DNA of 64,000 nt, from positions 1 to 64,000 of the forward strand of contig CBDCTZ010000008.1 of the NCBI GenBank assembly GCA_965222375.1, read 5' to 3'. The DNA is from Polyangiaceae bacterium. Its GTDB lineage: Bacteria > Myxococcota_A > Polyangia > Polyangiales > Polyangiaceae. Shown here in pieces: positions 17,047 through 26,220 of this stretch. The notes beneath the pieces are model-generated. The model was not told the origin of the DNA, made no database searches, and saw nothing but the letters and a program-made list of their open reading frames with translations. Made by a program: the position numbers and the translations under genes. Positions within the stretch are counted from its first letter, which is position 1. Every line of letters begins with the position of its first letter.

Positions 17047-19284
17047 ATGGCAAAGTCGAAGCTCATCGTTACATCAGCACGTCTGCCCGTGACGCTGACA
17101 CACCGTCAGGAAGGGTGGGAAGCGGTGGGGAGCACCGGCGGTCTGGTCACGGCTTTGAATGGGGTCGCCAGGCCGTTTACCTGGATCGGATGGCCCGGTA
17201 CCGCGGTCAGTGAGTCGGAGCGCGGCGCGGTTGAGGAAGTCCTTGCCCGTCACGAGGCGGCGCCGGTGTTCTTTTCTCGGTCCGATCAGGAGGGGTTCTA
17301 TCTTGGGTTTTCCAACCGAGTTCTGTGGCCCCTGTTCCACAACCTGACCGACAAGGTGACCTACGAAGCGGGCGCCTATCGGGCCTACCAGCGGGTCAAT
17401 GAAGCGTTCGCTTCTGCCATCCTCAAGCGTGTCAGCGACGACGATACGGTCTGGGTCCACGACTACCAGCTGGCGCTGGTACCCGAGTTGCTTCGTCGCA
17501 AGGGGTTTCGGGGCAAGATCGGGTTCTTCTTGCACATCCCGTTTCCGTCCGCGGAAACCTATCGCAAGTTGCCGCCGCGAGAAGCCGTGCTGCGCGGCAT
17601 TCTGGGTGCTGATTTCGTCGGCTTTCACACTTACGAGTACGTCAGCCACTTTCGAGCAGCGTGCGTGCGGGTACTCGGGCTCGATACGGAAGCCAGCGCC
17701 GTGCAGCTGCCGGCTCGCAAAGTCCAACTCGGCGTTCTGCCCATTGGCATCGACCCCCACGAACTGCGAGAGCTGGCGCACGGCAGGGAGGCTCGAGAAG
17801 AGCTCGCTAGCTTGCAGGCTGCCCACGCTGGCAAGCACCTGATCGTCGGCGTTGATCGCTTGGACTACACTAAGGGGATCCCGGAAAAACTCCGAGCGTT
17901 CGAAGAGCTGCTGCGCCGTGAGCCCCGCTTTCGCGAGCGCGCGGTGCTGATCCAAGTCGCCGCGCCCTCCCGCACCAGCGTCAAAGAGTACGAAGATTTG
18001 AAGCGCGAAGTGGACGAGCTTACCGGCAGCATCAACGGCCGCTTTGGAACGCCTAGCCATACACCGGTGGTGTATGTGAACCAGACCGTTCCGCGCAGCC
18101 GGCTCATGGGCATCTATCAGGCGTCCGACATCGCGCTGGTCACACCCCTGCGCGATGGCATGAACCTGGTAGCCTTGGAGTATGTCGTCGCACGCGAGCA
18201 CGTCGGCGGTACCTTGATTCTGAGTGAGTTCGCTGGCGCCGCGCACAGTTTGCCGGGTGCCCGTTTGGTCAATCCCTTCAACATGGGGGAGATGGCCACG
18301 GCCCTGGCCGAGGCCATGGACAGCTCCCCGCCTCACGACGCCTTCGATCACATGGTGCGTTTCGTCGATGAAAACACCAGCACCGCCTGGGCGAAGACCT
18401 TCCTGGACCGCCTGGAAGCGCAGGCGGAGTCGAAGCGCGCCGCATCAGTGCTGCTCGACCTGGACGCGCCTTCGGTGCACGCGGCAGTGGACGACGCAAA
18501 GTCTCCTTTGGTCGTGCTCGACTACGACGGCACGCTGCGCTCCTACGTCACGGACCCCAGGGACGCCGTGCCCAATCCGCGCATCCTGTCAGTGTTGGCG
18601 CGGCTCGCGGAAGTGGCGACGGTTTACGTCATCAGCGGCAGAAGCCGTAACGTGCTCGAAAGCTGGTTGGGGCACTTGCCCATCGGTCTCGTCAGCGAGC
18701 ACGGGCTCGCCATGCGCGCGCCGGGAGAGGCTTGGGAGCGTCGGGTGCGCGTCAGCGGGGCGCCCCTCAAGCGACTCGTGCAGCCTTTGTTCGAAGATTT
18801 CGTGCGTCGAACGCCAGGTAGTCGGATGGAGCTAAAAGACGCGGCCATTGCCTGGCACTACCGGGCGGTCGACCCAGAGTTTGCGGCGTTTCAGGTTTCT
18901 GAGCTTCTGGCGCTGCTCGAGGACTTGCTCAAGCGGCGACCCTATTCCGTGCTCAACGGTAACCGCGTGGTGGAAGTTCGCCATCGCAGAGTGACCAAGG
19001 GCCAAGCGCTGCAGGCGGTGCTGAAGCGCCATGCAGACGCGGATGCGCTCCTGGTCGCCGGCGACGATCGCACCGACGAAGAGATGATGGCCGCAATCCC
19101 ATCTCGGATGCGAGACCGGGCACTGACAATTTGGGTGGGTGGCCGGAGCCATCACACCGCCTACTGGGTGGAGAGCAATATCGAGCTTTTGGAGAGCTTG
19201 GACGTGCTCGCAGACGTCTGGGATCGGCGCCCGCGCAGGGGCCGGGGCAACCGACGGCCCGCCCAAACCAGCCTTCGACGCTGA
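17047..19284 (+). CDS. Bifunctional trehalose-6-phosphate synthase/phosphatase (OtsA-OtsB fusion)
   Basis: GT20 motifs WVHDYQ, FLHIPFP, VDRLDYTKG, RDGMNLV; HAD motifs LDYDGTL and GDDRTDE. Confidence 0.95.
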   Translation: MAKSKLIVTSARLPVTLTHRQEGWEAVGSTGGLVTALNGVARPFTWIGWPGTAVSESERGAVEEVLARHEAAPVFFSRSDQEGFYLGFSNRVLWPLFHNLTDKVTYEAGAYRAYQRVNEAFASAILKRVSDDDTVWVHDYQLALVPELLRRKGFRGKIGFFLHIPFPSAETYRKLPPREAVLRGILGADFVGFHTYEYVSHFRAACVRVLGLDTEASAVQLPARKVQLGVLPIGIDPHELRELAHGREAREELASLQAAHAGKHLIVGVDRLDYTKGIPEKLRAFEELLRREPRFRERAVLIQVAAPSRTSVKEYEDLKREVDELTGSINGRFGTPSHTPVVYVNQTVPRSRLMGIYQASDIALVTPLRDGMNLVALEYVVAREHVGGTLILSEFAGAAHSLPGARLVNPFNMGEMATALAEAMDSSPPHDAFDHMVRFVDENTSTAWAKTFLDRLEAQAESKRAASVLLDLDAPSVHAAVDDAKSPLVVLDYDGTLRSYVTDPRDAVPNPRILSVLARLAEVATVYVISGRSRNVLESWLGHLPIGLVSEHGLAMRAPGEAWERRVRVSGAPLKRLVQPLFEDFVRRTPGSRMELKDAAIAWHYRAVDPEFAAFQVSELLALLEDLLKRRPYSVLNGNRVVEVRHRRVTKGQALQAVLKRHADADALLVAGDDRTDEEMMAAIPSRMRDRALTIWVGGRSHHTAYWVESNIELLESLDVLADVWDRRPRRGRGNRRPAQTSLRR

Positions 19285-19334
19285 GTTGGCCTTCACCGGG
19301 CTGCGCGCGCGGCGTACACTTTCCCCTCACTGTC

Positions 19335-20693
19335 ATGCTGCGATTTTCACTCTTCGGCTTTCCCGTGGGGATCCAACCAGGGTTCTGGTTCCTGGTGTTG
19401 ATCATCGGGATCTCGCCGAATCGGTCGATCCAGGAGAGCTTGGCATGGGTTGGCATCATCTTCGTATCCGTCATGGTTCACGAGCTGGGGCACGCCTTCG
19501 CCGCGCGCTCCTACGGCGAGCAGCCCGTCATCACGTTGCACATGATGGGCGGCCTGACGTCTTGGTCGCCCACTCGGGAGATGAGCAAGAAGGCTCGGAT
19601 CTTGGTGACCCTGGCCGGGCCCATGGCAGGCTTTGCCTTGGCTGCAGCCGCCTTTGGCGGGCTGGCGGCCCTCTCGGGTCACACACCCTCTCGAGCCGAT
19701 GCCGGCGGCGGGTTCGAAGCCATTCTTGGGCTGCTGTTCGCGGTGAACATGTTCTGGAGCGCAATCAACCTGATGCCCGTGCTGCCTTTCGACGGTGGGC
19801 AGATCCTGGCGGCCGCTCTGGGGCCCAAGCGCAAGAGGCTCACCGCTACGGTGTCTTTGGTCTTCGGCGTGGTGACCGCGATCGTGCTGTACCGAATGGG
19901 CTCGCTGTTTGGAGCGGCGATCTTTGGCCTTGGCGGTGTCAGCAGCTTCCTCGCAGCCATGCGCAGCGATACGCCTGAGCTGCCGGAGAGTGCGCGCCAC
20001 GAACTCGCGGTGCGGGCGAAGGAGCGACTGGAAGCGAGGGATTTCGCTCAGGCGACGTCGCTGGCCCGGGTGCTGGCTCAGTCCGCGCGCAGCGCAGAGG
20101 AAAGGCAACTGGCTTTGGAGATCCTGGCATGGGCGGCGTTGGAACAAGGCCAATTGCCGGAAGCCCGCGCGGCGGTCCGAGACCTGAAGACCTTCTCCGG
20201 CTGTGATCCCTACCTGGAGGCGGCCGTAGCGCTTGCCGACGGGGATCAGGCGTCAGCCCGCAAGCTACTTGGCCTGGCCAGAGAGCAAGGCGACCCGCGC
20301 CCAGAGTTGCTCTCTCTGTCCGTGAGGGTGGAACTGGAGACCGAGCACTTCGACCGGGCGGCGGAACTCGCAGCGGGTTTGGTGGGGTTGGTGGAGCCTG
20401 TGGAATTGCGTCAGGTGTCGAGCGCGGCGAGTGAGCATGGCGCTCACGGGGCGTCGGCCTCCCTGCTAGAAGCGCTGTTCGACAGCGAAGGGGATCCCGA
20501 GGACGCCTACGCTGCCGCCCAGGGCTTTGCCCGCGCGGATCGGGTCGACGAGGCCCTGCGCACCCTTTCCAAGGCGGTGAAGGCGGGCCACCCCGACGCC
20601 CCACGCGCGGAGTCCGACGAAGCTATCGGACGACTTGCCGGCGATCCTCGATTTGCGCGAGCTCTGGCGGGGGAAGAGGTGTCGGTGGCGTGA
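19335..20693 (+). CDS. Site-2 protease (peptidase M50) with C-terminal TPR-like helical region
   Basis: HELGH, AGP, NLMPVLPFDGG motifs; start ATG 19335. Confidence 0.9.
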   Translation: MLRFSLFGFPVGIQPGFWFLVLIIGISPNRSIQESLAWVGIIFVSVMVHELGHAFAARSYGEQPVITLHMMGGLTSWSPTREMSKKARILVTLAGPMAGFALAAAAFGGLAALSGHTPSRADAGGGFEAILGLLFAVNMFWSAINLMPVLPFDGGQILAAALGPKRKRLTATVSLVFGVVTAIVLYRMGSLFGAAIFGLGGVSSFLAAMRSDTPELPESARHELAVRAKERLEARDFAQATSLARVLAQSARSAEERQLALEILAWAALEQGQLPEARAAVRDLKTFSGCDPYLEAAVALADGDQASARKLLGLAREQGDPRPELLSLSVRVELETEHFDRAAELAAGLVGLVEPVELRQVSSAASEHGAHGASASLLEALFDSEGDPEDAYAAAQGFARADRVDEALRTLSKAVKAGHPDAPRAESDEAIGRLAGDPRFARALAGEEVSVA

Positions 20694-21523
20694 GCCCGCA
20701 GCGCGGTCACAGCTCGTTTTGGTGGGGCGTCGCCCTGGCGTGCTGCATCCTCTTGAGCTGCCGAAAGAACGAAGACCAGAGCTCCAAGGCTTCGCCACCT
20801 GCGGACCGACCACTTCCACCTGCGTCGGCGGCGGCGCAGCCCGCGACCGAGAGCCCCGCGTTTTCGGAGCGCGTTGCGGAGCGCCGGGCCATGGTGGCCA
20901 ACACGATCGCTTCCCGGGACATCACGGACCCCCGAGTGCTTGCGGCAATGCGCCGGGTTCCGCGTCACGCCTTCGTGCCGGATGCAGTTGCCGGCCGTGC
21001 CTACGCGGATCGTCCCCTTCCAATCGGCAGTGGGCAGACCATCAGCCAGCCCTTCATCGTCGCCTTCATGACCCAAGCCGCGAAAATCAAGCCGGGGGAT
21101 CGCTGCCTCGAGATCGGAACGGGCAGTGGCTACCAAGCGGCCGTGCTGGCAGAGGTCTGCAAGAGGACCTACAGCATCGAATACTTGCCGAAGGTCGCCC
21201 GCCAGGGCGCCAAGAATCTTCGAGCTCTGGGGTATGGCGCTGAGCGGGTCGCGCTACGGACCGGCGACGGCTATCAGGGCTGGCCGGAGGCTGCGCCCTT
21301 TGACGCCATTCTGGTAACCGCAGCACCCAAGACGGTTCCCGAACCGCTGTTGGCGCAGCTCAAGGTGGGCGGACACCTCGTCATTCCCGTGGGACCCCGG
21401 AGTGCTGCTCAGGAACTGCTGCGTATCACGCGCACCGGGAAGGGCGCCGAGGATCTGCGAGAGGAGCGCCTGATGGGCGTGCGGTTCGTACCCTTCCTGG
21501 GCGAGGCCGCGGAGTCGCAGTAG
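20690..21523 (+). CDS. pcm: Protein-L-isoaspartate O-methyltransferase with N-terminal lipoprotein-like signal
   Basis: VPRHAFVP, GQTISQP, LEIGTGSGYQAA, APFDAILVTAA, VRFVP; LLSC lipobox. Confidence 0.95.
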   Translation: MSPQRGHSSFWWGVALACCILLSCRKNEDQSSKASPPADRPLPPASAAAQPATESPAFSERVAERRAMVANTIASRDITDPRVLAAMRRVPRHAFVPDAVAGRAYADRPLPIGSGQTISQPFIVAFMTQAAKIKPGDRCLEIGTGSGYQAAVLAEVCKRTYSIEYLPKVARQGAKNLRALGYGAERVALRTGDGYQGWPEAAPFDAILVTAAPKTVPEPLLAQLKVGGHLVIPVGPRSAAQELLRITRTGKGAEDLREERLMGVRFVPFLGEAAESQ

Positions 21524-21695
21524 GTGCAACAGCCCCAGGGGCGATGCCTGGCGGCGCTGCCAATCAGCGGGTCGCGAGGCCCCGGTTCGCGGCATGAGCC
21601 GTGCATTGCTTCTGTATATGGGTGTGGGGTCGCAGGGAAGTTGTACGGGGCAGGGACGACGCGGGACGATCCCAGCTCGAAGGTCGAGCGGATAT

Positions 21696-22577
21696 ATGAG
21701 GAAGCTCTCAGGCTTTGGGCTGGTTTTGGCGGGGTTGTTGGCGATCGGCGCCGAGCCCCGGGCTCGCCCGGCTGAGGCTGGGCCCGCCCTTTCCGCTCAG
21801 CTGGGCAAGCTTGGAGCACGCGTCACAGCCGCCACAGTGACGCGTCACAGTGCGACGCCTGCGCAGTCCGTGCATGCGCCTGACCCGTCTTTCGGAGCCT
21901 CTGCCGCTTCCTGCCCACCCGAGATGGTGCCGGTCGAGGGGAGCTACTGCACCGAGGTCCGCCACGAATGCGACAAATGGCTGGATGACCCGAAGCTGCC
22001 CTACGCCCGCTGCGCCAAATACAAGCAGAGTGCCCGCTGCGTCGGCCAGCGCGTCCCGATGCGCTACTGCATCGATCGGACGGAATACACCAAACCTGGT
22101 GAAACGCTCCCCCTGAACCATCAGAGCTTCGTGAGCGGGAGCAAGATCTGCAAGAGCCAAGGCAAGCGCCTGTGCACGGAGAGCGAGTGGAATTTCGCTT
22201 GCGAGGGCGAAGAAATGCTCCCGTATCCCTACGGCTGGTCCCGGGAGGCCAAGTGCAATCAGGATCGCGAAGACCTATATGAGAAGAACCCGCGGCGGCA
22301 GATCCTCAAGGACAACCGCATGAGCGCGGCGGAGCTGTCCGAGTGCGTGAGCCCGTTCGGAGTTCTGAACATGGCTGGCAACTTGGACGAGCCGGTGCTC
22401 CGAGAAAACGCCCGCTACAACCCGCCTTATCGCAACGGTCTCAAGGGGGGTTGGTGGATGGCCGCCAGGAACCGCTGCCGCCCGGCGACGACGAAGCACG
22501 ACGACCACTACAACGACATTCAGGTTGGCGTGCGCTGCTGCGCTGAGGCGCCGGGCGCCACAGCCCCGACAGGTTGA
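21696..22577 (+). CDS. Secreted Cys-rich FGE-sulfatase/SUMF1-like domain protein
   Basis: CPPEMV.V, CIDRTEY, KRLCTESEW..ACEG, SPFGVLNMAGNLDE, GVRCC; start ATG 21696. Confidence 0.85.
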   Translation: MRKLSGFGLVLAGLLAIGAEPRARPAEAGPALSAQLGKLGARVTAATVTRHSATPAQSVHAPDPSFGASAASCPPEMVPVEGSYCTEVRHECDKWLDDPKLPYARCAKYKQSARCVGQRVPMRYCIDRTEYTKPGETLPLNHQSFVSGSKICKSQGKRLCTESEWNFACEGEEMLPYPYGWSREAKCNQDREDLYEKNPRRQILKDNRMSAAELSECVSPFGVLNMAGNLDEPVLRENARYNPPYRNGLKGGWWMAARNRCRPATTKHDDHYNDIQVGVRCCAEAPGATAPTG

Positions 22578-22822
22578 GCGCACACCGGGCCTGTCGCGGC
22601 AAGCCAAGCAAAGCCCGCGTTTGCCCGGCCGACCGGCTGAGGTTTGTCACGAGCTCCGGCCAAGAGTTCGGTAGTGAGGTTGAACTCGAGCTTTGGACCG
22701 TAAGGGACTGAAATTGCCGAGCTTGCTCCACAGCATGTTTTCGCGGGTCCAGTTCAGTAGGACAGTGTGCGCAGGTTTTTCAGCTTGACTTGAAGGCCGC
22801 ATGACCGAAAAGTCGCTCGGTC

Positions 22823-23662
22823 TTGCGGCTCATTCGACAGCTGACGGTGGCTTCGGCGGTAGGGTTTGTCCTGCTCGCCTGCAACCGAAATTCCGCCCCA
22901 GGCGGGACCCAAGCGGAGTTCTCTGCGGACCCGGATGACGCCGTCCAGTTGGCCCAGTCCAAGAGTCTGGTCGCGGTCTTGAGCCCGAAGGTGGTCGTGC
23001 CCGACGTCAAGAAGGAAGACCCCGTGTGTGGTGAGGGGATGGCGCTCGTCGAAGGCGAGTACTGCCCCGAGGTCCGCCAGCGCTGTCTGCGCTACATGGA
23101 CCCGCCCGGCCGATACGAGAACTTCCGCTGTGCCGAGTACGCACAGCCCGCCAAGTGCCTGAAGCCCAAAAAGCGGATGCGCTTCTGCATCGATAAGTAC
23201 GAATTCGTGGAGTCGGGCCAGAACCTGCCGGCGAACTTTCGGAGCTTCAACCACGCCGCGAAGTCCTGCTCAGCCATCGGAAAGCGTGTCTGTCTGGAGA
23301 GTGAGTACAACTTCGCCTGCGAGGGCGAAGAAATGCGGCCTTACCCCTACGGCTTCAAACGGGACGCCACCGCCTGCAACGCTGACCACTACGACGTGGT
23401 GGGTAAAGATGGAAGGCTCCGGGACATGCGGGCACCCCCCGGCGCCTATCCGCGCTGCGAGAGCCCCTTCGGCGTTTTCGACCTCGCCGGCAACCTTGAA
23501 GAGTTCGTGGCCATTGATGGCTCGAACCCGGTCCGTCCGGCCATGAAGGGTGCTTACTGGCAGCCGAGCCGCAATCACTGCCGGGCAGCCCAGACTGCCC
23601 ACGATCGCTACTACAACGGCACCGAGACCGGTTTCCGCTGCTGTTCTGATCCCAAGCGCTGA
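22823..23662 (+). CDS. Cys-rich FGE-sulfatase/SUMF1-like lipoprotein (paralog of upstream gene)
   Basis: Lipobox LLAC; CIDKYE, ACEGEEMRPYPYG, SPFGVFDLAGNLEE, GFRCC. Confidence 0.85.
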   Translation: MRLIRQLTVASAVGFVLLACNRNSAPGGTQAEFSADPDDAVQLAQSKSLVAVLSPKVVVPDVKKEDPVCGEGMALVEGEYCPEVRQRCLRYMDPPGRYENFRCAEYAQPAKCLKPKKRMRFCIDKYEFVESGQNLPANFRSFNHAAKSCSAIGKRVCLESEYNFACEGEEMRPYPYGFKRDATACNADHYDVVGKDGRLRDMRAPPGAYPRCESPFGVFDLAGNLEEFVAIDGSNPVRPAMKGAYWQPSRNHCRAAQTAHDRYYNGTETGFRCCSDPKR

Positions 23663-23676
23663 GCGGCGGTCCGCGA

Positions 23677-23692
23677 AGCGAACCGGTTCGCT
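23677..23692. terminator. Perfect 16-bp palindrome between convergent genes (possible bidirectional terminator)
   Basis: AGCGAACCGGTTCGCT; no U-tract. Confidence 0.4.
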
Positions 23693-23695
23693 GGA

Positions 23696-24520
23696 CTAGG
23701 GCACGAGCAGCGTGCCCACGGAGCCCGGCGCCTCTGCGGCCCGATCCAGGCCGTCATTGAGCAGGTGCACGCGCTCTACGCCACGCTCTAGCGCCACGAA
23801 GGACTCTTCCAGCTTGGGGATCATCCCGCCTGCCACGACACCTTCTGCAATCAGCGCTTTGCCCTCGGCGACGGTCAGCCGCTGCACCCGGGATTCGGGA
23901 TCGTCTCGATCCCGGAGAACGCCGGGAACATCCATCAACAGAAACAAGTCCCGAGCAGCGAGCTCGGCGGCCATGCGAGTCGCGACGATGTCGGCGTTGA
24001 TGTTGAAGACACGGCCCGCTTCGTCGCCGCCCAAGCAGGCGATCACGGGCACGTAGGAAAGGGACAGCAGCTCCTCGAGCAGATCCCGGTTGACGCCGAC
24101 GACGTCGCCCACGTGGCCAAAGTCGATGGGCTCATCTCCCGCGCCGGTCACGACCCGCGGCGGTCGCTTCACCGCGCGGACAACTGCGCAGGACCCGCCA
24201 TGCAGCCCTACCGGGCGCACACCGACTCCCATCAGGGCCGAACACAGATCGACGTTGGCGAGCCCTGCGACGGCCATCTTGATCGCTTCTAGGGCTTCCG
24301 CATCGGTGATACGTCGCCCGCCGACGATGTTGGGTGCTTGCCCCAAGGCCTTCTGCAATGCCGAGGTCTGTGGACCGCCGCCGTGGATGACCACCACGCG
24401 ATCGTCGCCCCCGCCACCGTTGCGCAGCTTCGCAATCTGCCCGGCGACTTCCGGCAGCCGCTTTCCGCGGATGACTTCACCGCCCAGCTTGACGACCCGG
24501 GTGCGAGTTGCGGCGGTCAC
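23696..24520 (-). CDS. argB: Acetylglutamate kinase
   Basis: VVKLGGE, IHGGGPQ, GRRITD, NINAD, GGMIPK. Confidence 0.93.
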   Translation of the reverse strand: MTAATRTRVVKLGGEVIRGKRLPEVAGQIAKLRNGGGGDDRVVVIHGGGPQTSALQKALGQAPNIVGGRRITDAEALEAIKMAVAGLANVDLCSALMGVGVRPVGLHGGSCAVVRAVKRPPRVVTGAGDEPIDFGHVGDVVGVNRDLLEELLSLSYVPVIACLGGDEAGRVFNINADIVATRMAAELAARDLFLLMDVPGVLRDRDDPESRVQRLTVAEGKALIAEGVVAGGMIPKLEESFVALERGVERVHLLNDGLDRAAEAPGSVGTLLVP

Positions 24521-25566
24521 GGGAAGCTTCCGGGATCAACGAGGCCGGCGTCTTCGGGCAGGTCCAGCACCAGGTTCATGTTCTGAATGGCCTGACCCGC
24601 ACCGCCCTTGACCAGGTTGTCGGCGGCAGAAAACACCGTCACCAGGCGCTGACCCGCAGTGACCTCGCCGCAGACCACCCCGACCTCCGCGTGATTCGAG
24701 CCGGCGATGGCCACGACCTCGGGCAAGCGCTTGCGGGGCACGCGCACGAAAGGTTCTTTGGCGTAATCGTCGGTGAACGCCGCCAGGATCTCCTTCTCCG
24801 AGACCGACTCGGGCACGCTGACGAAGCTGCTGGCAAAGATGCCTCGCGCGAGGGGCGCGGAGACGGGCACGAAGGCCAAGGACACCTCCTTGGCGCCAGC
24901 AAAGGCCAAGGTCTCGAGGATCTCGGGAGTGTGCTGGTGATTCAGAGTCTTGTAGGTCTTGATGTTGTTGTAGCGAACGGGGTGGTGAGTGCCGGCACTC
25001 GCAACCACGCCGCTGCCGCTCGACCCCGTCATGGCCACGGTCTCGACCGTACCTTTGAGCCAGCCGCGTTTTGCCAGGGGAAGCAACGCCACTTCAATGG
25101 TCGTCGCGAAACAACCTGGGCTGGCTACGCACCGACTCTTCTGGATTGCAGCGCGGTTGAGCTCTGGTAGCCCGTAGACGAACTGCTCCAGGAACTGTGG
25201 GCACGGGTGGGTCTTGCCGTAGAACTTTGCATACGCCTGTTTGTCTTTGAGACGAAAGTCGCCGCTCATGTCGACGATCTTTGCGCTCGTCTCGAGCAGC
25301 TTGGGCATGACCTCCGCGCTGACCTTGTGCGGCAGCCCCAGCAGCACGACGTCCATACCGTCGGCCGCTTTCTCTGGCGGCAGTTCCTCGAAGACCAGCT
25401 CGGACTGGCCTTCCAGATTTGGATGCGCGGCGCCCAGGGGTTCCCCGACGTAGTCCAAGGAGCTGATGCGGCTGAGTTCGACTTCGGGATGATTCAAGAG
25501 GCGACGAATCATCTCGCCCCCGCCGTACCCCGAGCCTCCAATGATTGCGGCTTTGTATCGTTTCAT
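24517..25566 (-). CDS. argC: N-acetyl-gamma-glutamyl-phosphate reductase
   Basis: GGSGYGGGE, VYGLPE, SPGCFAT, DNLVKGGAGQAIQNMN. Confidence 0.95.
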   Translation of the reverse strand: MKRYKAAIIGGSGYGGGEMIRRLLNHPEVELSRISSLDYVGEPLGAAHPNLEGQSELVFEELPPEKAADGMDVVLLGLPHKVSAEVMPKLLETSAKIVDMSGDFRLKDKQAYAKFYGKTHPCPQFLEQFVYGLPELNRAAIQKSRCVASPGCFATTIEVALLPLAKRGWLKGTVETVAMTGSSGSGVVASAGTHHPVRYNNIKTYKTLNHQHTPEILETLAFAGAKEVSLAFVPVSAPLARGIFASSFVSVPESVSEKEILAAFTDDYAKEPFVRVPRKRLPEVVAIAGSNHAEVGVVCGEVTAGQRLVTVFSAADNLVKGGAGQAIQNMNLVLDLPEDAGLVDPGSFP

Positions 25567-25690
25567 GGTGCCCAAACCTAACGCGAAATCTGGGTGAAGA
25601 TGTAGCCGCCCGGCACGACTTTGCCGTCACGGATATGAGTTCCGTCAAGGGCTGGCGCGGAAGAAATCCCGACTTAGTTTGGGCTCTGCA

Positions 25691-26176
25691 ATGAATTCTG
25701 AGGAAAAACTGCAGGCAGAAGCTCGTTCGCTGTGGGAGCAGGGCGTGGAGTGTCAAGAAGCGGAGGACCTGAAGGCCGCGGAGGCCTTGTATCGGCAGTC
25801 TCTCTTGCTGCACGCCACTGCCGAAGCCCACACCTTCTTGGGCTACGTGTTGGCTCGCCGCGGCGACGTCAGCGGGGCCATCGCCGAATGCGAGCGCGCT
25901 ATCGTCGTGGACCCGACTTTCGGCAACCCCTACAACGACATCGGGGCTTACCTGATTCAGCAGCGCAAGTTCGACGAAGCCGTGCCCTGGTTGGAAAGAG
26001 CCAAGTCTGCACCGCGCTATGAGCCCCGGCACTTCCCGTACCTCAATCTGGCGCGAGTCTACGAGGAGCAGGGTCAGATTGTCGGGGCGCTGCGAGAGCT
26101 AGTGGCGGCTCAGAAGCTGCAACCTGCAGACGCCGGCATCAGCGACAAGATCGGCGAGCTGCGGCGTTTCAGCTGA
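25691..26176 (+). CDS. Tetratricopeptide repeat protein
   Basis: TPR pattern AEAHTFLG..., DPTFGNPYNDIGAYL. Confidence 0.85.
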   Translation: MNSEEKLQAEARSLWEQGVECQEAEDLKAAEALYRQSLLLHATAEAHTFLGYVLARRGDVSGAIAECERAIVVDPTFGNPYNDIGAYLIQQRKFDEAVPWLERAKSAPRYEPRHFPYLNLARVYEEQGQIVGALRELVAAQKLQPADAGISDKIGELRRFS

Positions 26177-26220
26177 TGCGCGCGTGACAACGCTGGTGGC
26201 GGGCGTGTGCCGTGCTGCGG

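Noticed and set aside
17074..18351. Long antisense ORFs (also 12003-13316, 33433-34605, 33981-35096, 41544-42593, 50676-52016)
   Set aside because: Mirror frames of well-supported genes, expected from GC-rich codon bias; no independent motifs
22702..22718. Sigma54-like GG-N10-GC (AGGGACTGAAATTGC) upstream of the second FGE-like gene
   Set aside because: Poor match to TGGCAC at -24; could arise by chance
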